A program made the position numbers and the translations under genes. The notes below the pieces were generated by a model. That model made no database searches, had not been told where the DNA came from, and saw only the letters and a list, made by a program, of their open reading frames with translations. Of a stretch of DNA of 12,170 nt, positions 1 through 6,343 are shown piece by piece (position 1 is the stretch's first letter; each line of letters opens with the position of its first letter). The DNA comes from Promethearchaeota archaeon (GTDB lineage: Archaea; Asgardarchaeota; Lokiarchaeia; Sigyniarchaeales; SOKP01): the NCBI GenBank assembly GCA_048938895.1, contig JBHLLU010000088.1:1-12170 (forward strand), in the 5' to 3' direction.

Positions 1-12
1 CATTTTTCTCAT
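1..12 (-). CDS. 5' end of a divergently transcribed gene running off the left edge (product unknown)
   Basis: Reverse complement of 1-20 reads AAGGAGGA ATG AGA AAA ATG: a strong AGGAGG Shine-Dalgarno followed by two in-frame ATGs (12-10 and 3-1). SD spacing favours the ATG at 3-1. Confidence 0.55.
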
Positions 13-20
13 TCCTCCTT

Positions 21-107
21 TCATACTTTCTAAAAAAATTTTATAATGAAATATAAATCAAATGGAAATATATAAGTTAATAATTCAATCCTAAAAAGTG
101 AGGAATT
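21..107. promoter_or_regulatory. Divergent AT-rich intergenic promoter region with TATA-like boxes and an SD for the 108 gene
   Basis: TTTATAAT near 39-47 and AAATATATAAG near 66-76; GTGAGG at 98-103 just before ATG 108. Located between two divergent starts. Exact boxes are uncertain in AT-rich DNA. Confidence 0.4.
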
Positions 108-1079
108 ATGATAAAGACAAAAGTAACTGAAATGTTAGGTTGTAAGTATCCAATTATTTCGGGCACCATGGCCAATATTTCCTATCCTGAATTTGTAGCT
201 GCAGCAAGTAATGCAGGAGCCTGTGCCGTATTGGCAAGTGCTAACTATAGAACTCCTGAAGAATTACGAGAAGGAATTAGAAAAACACAATCATTAACAG
301 ATCAGCCATTTGCTGTTAATATAAACCTTTTTCCCGCAATGATGCCCCCAGAAAAATTGGAGGATTACGTAACTGCGACTTTAGATGAGAACGTGAAGAT
401 AATTGAAACCAGTGGCCATAAAGCTCCTGCAGATCTAGTTCCAAAATTTAAGGAAGGGGGTGCTATTTGGATACACAAGTGTGCTGGTGTCAGATATGCT
501 AAAACTGCTGCAAGGTTAGGTGCTGATATTGTTACTGTTGTAGGTTATGAAAATGGTGGTGCAACAGGAACTCTAGATATTGGGACTTTAGTGATGACAC
601 CTTCAGTCGTAGATGCAGTAGATGTTCCTGTTATCGCAGGCGGAGGTATAACTGATGGAAGAGGCATTGCTGCTGTTCTTGCCCTTGGTGCTGAAGGAGT
701 AATCATGGGGACAAGGATGATGGCTACAAAAGAATGCCCTCTACATTACAACTTAAAACAAGCATTTGTGGAAGCAGCAGAAACTGATACTAATTTAGTC
801 ATGCGATCGATTCGCAATACTCATAGAGTATGGAGGAATAAAGCAGCAGAGAAGATTATTGAATTGGAAGCTAATAAAGCATCTTTACAAGAAATCATTC
901 AAGCAGCCTCTGGAGAAAATGCTCGAAAAATGTATGTTGAGGGAGATTGCGACGTAGGTATGATAAGCTGTGGTCAGGGCGTAGGACTTGTTAAGGATAT
1001 CCCTTCTGTAAAGGAATTACTTGACAGGATAATGAAGGAAGCCGAAGAAGTAATCCAAAGACTAAATAAATTTTCTTAA
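108..1079 (+). CDS. Nitronate monooxygenase / enoyl-ACP reductase II (FabK)-like FMN TIM-barrel oxidoreductase, His-to-Ala variant
   Basis: N-terminal 'T.vTemLG.kYPIIsg.M', 'TDQPFAVN', 'GYENGGATG' at the GxEAGGH position, FMN-phosphate motif 'VPVIAGGGITDGRGIAAVLALGAEGVIMGTR', C-terminal 'GQGVGLVKDIPSVKELL'. Confidence 0.9.
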   Translation: MIKTKVTEMLGCKYPIISGTMANISYPEFVAAASNAGACAVLASANYRTPEELREGIRKTQSLTDQPFAVNINLFPAMMPPEKLEDYVTATLDENVKIIETSGHKAPADLVPKFKEGGAIWIHKCAGVRYAKTAARLGADIVTVVGYENGGATGTLDIGTLVMTPSVVDAVDVPVIAGGGITDGRGIAAVLALGAEGVIMGTRMMATKECPLHYNLKQAFVEAAETDTNLVMRSIRNTHRVWRNKAAEKIIELEANKASLQEIIQAASGENARKMYVEGDCDVGMISCGQGVGLVKDIPSVKELLDRIMKEAEEVIQRLNKFS

Positions 1080-1083
1080 TTAA

Positions 1084-1174
1084 ACTTTTTTTATATTTAT
1101 AATTGATAGGTATAAGATCTGAGATTAGGAAAGTAGTATAGAAAAAGGAAAAAAATAGAAAATTAGTAAATACC
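1084..1174. terminator. Convergent intergenic region with oligo-T tracts on both strands (archaeal-type terminators)
   Basis: T7 run at 1086-1092 just after the 108-1079 stop. A-runs at about 1142-1155 are T-runs on the minus strand downstream of the 1175-2206 stop. Confidence 0.4.
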
Positions 1175-2206
1175 TTATTTTAACATCGAATTATTTGATT
1201 TTATTGCTTTTTCTGCGTCACCTACTACTCTTTTGATGATGTCGTTAACTTCATCAATACTATCAATTATTCCAATTGATTGACCGAGTAAAACAGCACC
1301 ATTTTCAGTATCTCCATTATATACCCGATCATAAGCGCCAGCATCCTTTGCCATTTGCTCTAAGGTTAATGATTTTTCATAAGCAATCATTTCTTCTTTC
1401 GATTGAGGTGCTGGATGTGCTAAAGCATATTTGTTTTTGTATAGACGAATAGGACCAAATGAGCCCGTGAAGAGTCCCGTGTCTTGTGGTTTCCCTGGTG
1501 GAATCAGAGCTTTATATTTTTCATGAAATTCACTTTCTTTCGAAGCTATAAAGCGTGAACCCATGGCAATTGCTCCTGCACCAAGTGATAAGGCTGCAGC
1601 CAATCCTTCGCCAGTAGCAAATCCACCACATGCTATTTTGGGTAAATCAGGAAAGAACTTATTAATTTGTTGAAGTAAAACTAATGTGGAAACTCTTTCA
1701 TATGATTGATGGCCTCCTCCTTCAGTTCCAGTACATACGATTCCATCAACCTCAGCTTCTACACATTTCTGAGCTAACCAGACTGCAGGTGCTACATGAA
1801 AATGTTTAACTTCTGATTTTTCCCTTAGTTCTTGAAAATTCTTAGAAGAAGGCAAAATCTTTGATGAACCGGCAGATGTCAACCAATAGACACACTGTTC
1901 TCGCATTCTTTGATTTTCCAAAACCATTTTAGGCACATCAGTACACATTTCTTTAACTCCTCGATTATTACGGGAAGTTAGGAAATTAAGACCAAATGGT
2001 TTATCTGTATGTTCAACCATATATTCTAAGCTTGCTACATGTTCTTTTACCGGATCTGTCCCGACTATATTAACATTCGATAAAACACCTAAACCACCGG
2101 CCTCACTAACTGCTAGAGCTAGATCACGCGTGTAAAAAGGACCCATTGGGGCACTAAATATAGGATGCTTTATCCCAAACATTTTTGTAATATTCGTTTC
2201 GATCAT
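1175..2206 (-). CDS. Nitronate monooxygenase / FabK-like FMN oxidoreductase (second paralogue, catalytic His retained)
   Basis: 'ETNITKMFGIKHPIFSAPM', 'AVSEAGGLGVL', 'TDKPFGLN', 'GTEGGGH' (His166), 'IACGGFATGEGLAAALSLGAGAIAMGSRF', 'GQSIGIIDSI'. Confidence 0.9.
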   Translation of the reverse strand: MIETNITKMFGIKHPIFSAPMGPFYTRDLALAVSEAGGLGVLSNVNIVGTDPVKEHVASLEYMVEHTDKPFGLNFLTSRNNRGVKEMCTDVPKMVLENQRMREQCVYWLTSAGSSKILPSSKNFQELREKSEVKHFHVAPAVWLAQKCVEAEVDGIVCTGTEGGGHQSYERVSTLVLLQQINKFFPDLPKIACGGFATGEGLAAALSLGAGAIAMGSRFIASKESEFHEKYKALIPPGKPQDTGLFTGSFGPIRLYKNKYALAHPAPQSKEEMIAYEKSLTLEQMAKDAGAYDRVYNGDTENGAVLLGQSIGIIDSIDEVNDIIKRVVGDAEKAIKSNNSMLK

Positions 2207-2214
2207 TTAATATA

Positions 2215-2219
2215 TCACC
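2215..2219 (-). promoter_or_regulatory. GGTGA Shine-Dalgarno site for the 1175-2206 gene
   Basis: TCACC on + strand equals GGTGA on the minus strand, 8 nt upstream of ATG 2206. It is complementary to the 16S 3' end (AUCACC) and is a common archaeal SD form. Confidence 0.6.
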
Positions 2220-2308
2220 ATTGATAGGTTAAATGGTTAAATCTTTAGAATTTTTAAAAGTTTATTACTTATAGAAGGAAGTTAATAAAAAACATTGAAT
2301 GATCAACA

Positions 2309-3160
2309 ATGGATTCTTTTACAATTAGAGAACCTAAAACTAATGAAGTTCATAAATCCATAAAAACCATGTTAAAGTCTTTTGATAGACCTTTTCATAA
2401 CCAGATTGAGAAGGAGAGAGATGTTTGGTTATATTTAATAAATAACAAAGTTGCGAAATTTATGATTGCAATAAAAAATGGCAATGTTATTGGTGTTGGG
2501 GGTTTATTTATGTTTCAAGATGTTGCCAGTATTGGTTATACGGGTGTTTTACCAGAATTCCGATCCCTAGGAATAGGTTCTGAAATTTTCAAAAAGTTAA
2601 TGGATACAGCTTTAAATTATGGCTATAAAACGATTAATCTCTATGCATCAAACCTAGGTGAACCAATTTACAGGAAATTTGGCTTTCGAGGAAGTTATCA
2701 TGCGAACATGTATACAATCCAGGGTAGCACCCCTAAAACGCAAAGCGAGGATAATAAGATTGAAATTGCTTCAAAAATCCCCAAATGGGTTTTGAATCTT
2801 GATAGAGAAACATTAGGTTATGATCGATCATTTTATTTAAAAGCAAGGGTCTCCCTGGGGGGAACACTCTTAATAATAAAAAATCAAGGATATGGACTAA
2901 TATCAAATCTTTTTTCAAACATAAGATTAGGCCCTGTTTTGGCTACGAATCAAAAATCAGCAGTAGATATAATCAAGAAAGGGATTTCTTTAGGAGCAGG
3001 AAGCATAATAATTCCTAATCATCCTTTCTTTCAAGATGAAGTTCTAGCAATTACAGGATTATCTAATAAGGGTGCTCCTAATCTTAAGATGATTTATGGT
3101 GAAGAGTTAATGGAAAAATTAGAATATCTTTATGCTATTGGAACTTATGCAAAAGGATAA
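2309..3160 (+). CDS. GNAT-family N-acetyltransferase (two-domain, YitH-like)
   Basis: Acetyl-CoA motif A 'GVLPEFRSLGIGSEIF', then 'LYASNLGEPIYRKFGF'. Second domain with 'LDRETLGYDRS' and 'RLGPVLA' is typical of YitH-like tandem GNATs. Confidence 0.85.
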   Translation: MDSFTIREPKTNEVHKSIKTMLKSFDRPFHNQIEKERDVWLYLINNKVAKFMIAIKNGNVIGVGGLFMFQDVASIGYTGVLPEFRSLGIGSEIFKKLMDTALNYGYKTINLYASNLGEPIYRKFGFRGSYHANMYTIQGSTPKTQSEDNKIEIASKIPKWVLNLDRETLGYDRSFYLKARVSLGGTLLIIKNQGYGLISNLFSNIRLGPVLATNQKSAVDIIKKGISLGAGSIIIPNHPFFQDEVLAITGLSNKGAPNLKMIYGEELMEKLEYLYAIGTYAKG

Positions 3161-3254
3161 AATTATTTCAAAAAATCAATCTTGTGATGAGTAAGAATTA
3201 AAAATGCTTGAAAATATACATTAATAATCTTAATAAGAAAACGAGTTAGTTAAA

Positions 3255-4121
3255 ATGTCTGATGATATAACTATAAAAGATGGGTTTGTTTTTGGAGGGT
3301 GGCGTGAACCTAAAAATATTTGGAGAAATTTAACAACTTCTATTCATGATGATTCAACAGCTCAAAAAGTTGGAATGAGGGGTGGAACAATACCTGGTAC
3401 AATTCATCTTAGTTTATTCCCTCCCGTAATGCTAGAAGTTTTTGGAGATCAGTGGTTTGAAACGGGTTCATTAAGTTTATATTATACTTTTGCTACTACT
3501 GATCGAGAGAAAGTAAGGGCTGTTATTGCTCAACCTCCAGAGGGAGCAACAGATATTCAAGTAGAAGCAAGAGTAGAAATGCCAGATGGAAAGATAGTTG
3601 CTAAAGGAACTGTTTCAATTGGTAAACCAAATGAAAAATCATACCTGCAAGCTTTAGAGCTTAAAAGTAGCGATCCTGAGGAAATCCGCATTCTTTCTGA
3701 ATTCAAAACAGGGTACGAATTTCAACCACGAGAATTTGTAATAACACAAGAGCAAGTTGAGAAGGAACTTGTTGCGATTACAGATCATCTTGCATATTAT
3801 AAAGGTAATTCTCCGTGGGGATGTGGTATTCTTTCGCCTACGGCAATGAATCGTGTGATGGCTTTAGGAGCAGAGTTAACTGCCACTAGGACACTCAACG
3901 CTGTGGCATTCTATGGAGCCACCGAGATACAAAATATAAACGGACCTGTTAAAGTTGAAGTTCCTTATAAAGTAACTGGGAAAATAGTATGCGTTGGAGC
4001 GAGTCCTAAAACAGAATATTTCTGGTATGATTCATTGTTAGAAGAAAAAGAAAGTGGGAAACAAATTGCAACGATGCGTCATATGAATCGCTTTATGAAA
4101 GTCTCTTCATCATTATATTAA
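3255..4121 (+). CDS. Double-hotdog-fold protein, MaoC-like (R)-hydratase/dehydratase related
   Basis: 'SIHDDSTAQKVGMRGGTIPGTIH' matches the MaoC hydratase-2 motif (xIHxDxxxAxxxGxxGxIxxG). Second half 'SPWG..ILSPT ... YGATEIQNINGPVKV...Y.V.G.I' resembles a second hotdog unit. Confidence 0.65.
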   Translation: MSDDITIKDGFVFGGWREPKNIWRNLTTSIHDDSTAQKVGMRGGTIPGTIHLSLFPPVMLEVFGDQWFETGSLSLYYTFATTDREKVRAVIAQPPEGATDIQVEARVEMPDGKIVAKGTVSIGKPNEKSYLQALELKSSDPEEIRILSEFKTGYEFQPREFVITQEQVEKELVAITDHLAYYKGNSPWGCGILSPTAMNRVMALGAELTATRTLNAVAFYGATEIQNINGPVKVEVPYKVTGKIVCVGASPKTEYFWYDSLLEEKESGKQIATMRHMNRFMKVSSSLY

Positions 4122-4187
4122 ACAACTTAAATCTAATTACCAATTTTTTTAATTTTTTCTAGAAATTTTTTACATCAAAATTTTATA

Positions 4188-4913
4188 CTACTTGCCCAAA
4201 ACACCAACATATATGGATGTTTCATTAATTCCATCAATTTCCAGTAAATTATTGATCTCGTCATCGAAAATTGCACCAATTGTACATGCTCCTAAACCCA
4301 ATGCCTCAGAAACTAAATAAAAATTCTGTCCAATGTGTCCGGCATCTAAATAAATATAACGGTAGCATCTCTGAAGATATTTCCACTTGGATCTTTCAAT
4401 TATTGCGGTCCATATGAAATTCACAGCCGAAGTATACGCAACCCTCTGATCTAAACATCCTTTTGCCACTTCACTTCGAAAATCACCTTTTTTCAACAAT
4501 TCAAGACCATGATCCCGAATATTATAATGGTAAATTCCCATTTCTAAGTTTTCAACATTATTAACCACGGAATAAACTTCAATTGGGTATAAGCCACCTG
4601 CCGAAGGCACGGTTCTAAAGGCAAATTGAGGAAAAATTCGAGTTAAACCTGTCATACCAAATAATAATAGACTCAGTTGATTGAGTGTAATTTTCTCATC
4701 TTTGAAATTTCTTGTTGATTTTCTCTTGGTGATAACATGCCAGAACTGTATACTTTCATCAAAAACAGGATCAGGTAACTTTATTTTTTCTTTGGCATTT
4801 GGATATTCTTTATATGTATCAGGTTTTCTTTCCCAATCTAATCGATGTCGTGGTAATTGTCCTCGCATATATTTTGATTTTTGCTGAAATTTGTCTCCAA
4901 AGTTTTCACTCAT
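4188..4913 (-). CDS. SagB/ThcOx-family FMN-dependent nitroreductase-like dehydrogenase (stand-alone)
   Basis: 'KRKSTRNF', 'FRTVPSAGGLYPIEVY', 'GIYHY', 'WKY..R.YRYIYLDAGHIGQNFYL', 'LGACTIGAIFDDEINNLL'. Confidence 0.9.
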   Translation of the reverse strand: MSENFGDKFQQKSKYMRGQLPRHRLDWERKPDTYKEYPNAKEKIKLPDPVFDESIQFWHVITKRKSTRNFKDEKITLNQLSLLLFGMTGLTRIFPQFAFRTVPSAGGLYPIEVYSVVNNVENLEMGIYHYNIRDHGLELLKKGDFRSEVAKGCLDQRVAYTSAVNFIWTAIIERSKWKYLQRCYRYIYLDAGHIGQNFYLVSEALGLGACTIGAIFDDEINNLLEIDGINETSIYVGVLGK

Positions 4914-5075
4914 AATAGAATTAGAGTCAAGAGCACTTTAAAGCTTTAATTTTATAATTTAAAAATATGAAATCTTTTGCATTTTTATTTATTAAATAAG
5001 CTTTAAAAATGAAGGTAATCTATTTACATTATTGTATATTTTCTTAATAGCGAATTTCAATTTAAACCGATTAAG

Positions 5076-6209
5076 ATGAAGTTGAAACCATCAAAAAAGG
5101 ATATTATTCCTTCAATTACCTCAGCTATTTTTTTCTCTTGGTGCATACTATGGGTAGTAGCTCTTTTTGTTGGTTGGATTCCACTGGATGTAATCAGAAT
5201 ACTCTATTTTTTATTACCAATCCCTTGGGTGATTCTTATAATCATTGTCTGGATAAATTGGAAAAACATTAAGAATAAAATTCTTTATCCAGAATATGGA
5301 AAAGCACATTTTGATCCTCTATATATAAAAGAAGGGCTTGTTAGATTATTTCAAATTGTATTAGTCTTCATTGTTTTCATTTATTATATTATGCTCCAAG
5401 TGTATGACCAGATTACGCTTATTCCTTCAGGACTCCTAGTGGTTGTCAATGCAATTCTTGCTTATTTCGGATTTAAACCAGCTGATGTATTGCCTAAGGA
5501 TTATGTTATTGAAAGTTTAAATGAAAATGTTCCTACAAACAAGAAACTTCTTAGCTCGCTTCCTGTTGTTAAGGATGCCCTCAATCAATTTGAGGTACTA
5601 TTCAAAAAAACAATTGATAATATTGAGGAATTAATTAAAAGGGTGAATGTTAATACAAATGATGTAATTACCCGTATTGAAGAAAGGCTAGTTGACCTTG
5701 AAAAAATAGCAAATAATATTCCATATTACAGTTTTTCACGGGATCCCTTTGATAAATATAATTATCTCGCATTGGTAGTATTATTAGCTATAATAAACAT
5801 AATTGCTCAACCTGCTTTTGACATCCCTTCTTATATTGCTCTACCAACATTCTCAATCTTTGGGATACTCATTGGCGTTTCTGCTCGTAATAAAATCAAT
5901 GGAAATATATCTAACAAACTTTTAGAAGATATAGAAGCCTTAAAAAAAGAATTAAATTCCTATAAGGAGAATTTAGCTTCAGTATCAAATTATACCTCAG
6001 AAAAACTCCAAGAATTAAATTTATTGTATGAGGCATTTATAAACAGTAATTTCCTTGAATTTCTTCCCGCTAATTACTCACCCCTTCTATCTATTGCATT
6101 TGTATCTTTTCTTTCTCTTTTCATTTTCATTCTCCCTTTACCCGTTCCAGAAGCTTTATTTACGACAATGCAGTGGTTTGTAATATATTATTTTACAACA
6201 AAACAATAA
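5076..6209 (+). CDS. Uncharacterised multi-pass membrane protein (about 8 TM helices in 4 hairpins, two coiled-coil loops)
   Basis: Hydrophobic pairs at about aa 10-62, 91-133, 230-269 and 336-373. Heptad-like charged helices at about aa 163-214 and 279-322. No recognisable catalytic motif. Confidence 0.8.
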   Translation: MKLKPSKKDIIPSITSAIFFSWCILWVVALFVGWIPLDVIRILYFLLPIPWVILIIIVWINWKNIKNKILYPEYGKAHFDPLYIKEGLVRLFQIVLVFIVFIYYIMLQVYDQITLIPSGLLVVVNAILAYFGFKPADVLPKDYVIESLNENVPTNKKLLSSLPVVKDALNQFEVLFKKTIDNIEELIKRVNVNTNDVITRIEERLVDLEKIANNIPYYSFSRDPFDKYNYLALVVLLAIINIIAQPAFDIPSYIALPTFSIFGILIGVSARNKINGNISNKLLEDIEALKKELNSYKENLASVSNYTSEKLQELNLLYEAFINSNFLEFLPANYSPLLSIAFVSFLSLFIFILPLPVPEALFTTMQWFVIYYFTTKQ

Positions 6210-6219
6210 TTTTTTTTTT
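6210..6219 (+). terminator. Oligo-T tract, putative archaeal-type terminator
   Basis: T10 run immediately after the TAA of 5076-6209. Confidence 0.45.
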
Positions 6220-6343
6220 AATGAGTTTCAAGAGCATATCTCGAATACTTTTCTAAATATTTAAATATAATAGAGTTATTTTTTACTTTGTTGGCGAAGT
6301 TTCTCTACAAGAATGTAGATAATTAAAATTTGTGGAGTTTTTG

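Noticed and set aside
2733-2918. 61-aa minus-strand ORF
   Set aside because: Antisense shadow inside the well-supported GNAT gene, with no motif.
4681-4887. 68-aa plus-strand ORF
   Set aside because: Antisense to the SagB/ThcOx gene, with no independent support.
4188-4913. SagB/ThcOx gene as part of a thiazole/oxazole RiPP cluster
   Set aside because: No YcaO, E1-like protein or Cys/Ser/Thr-rich precursor is visible. Stand-alone SagB-like nitroreductases are common in archaea and anaerobes.
4938-4949. Perfect 12-bp palindrome TTAAAGCTTTAA upstream of the SagB-like gene
   Set aside because: It lies at the expected TATA position in very AT-rich DNA and has no convincing second full copy, so it cannot be supported as an operator.
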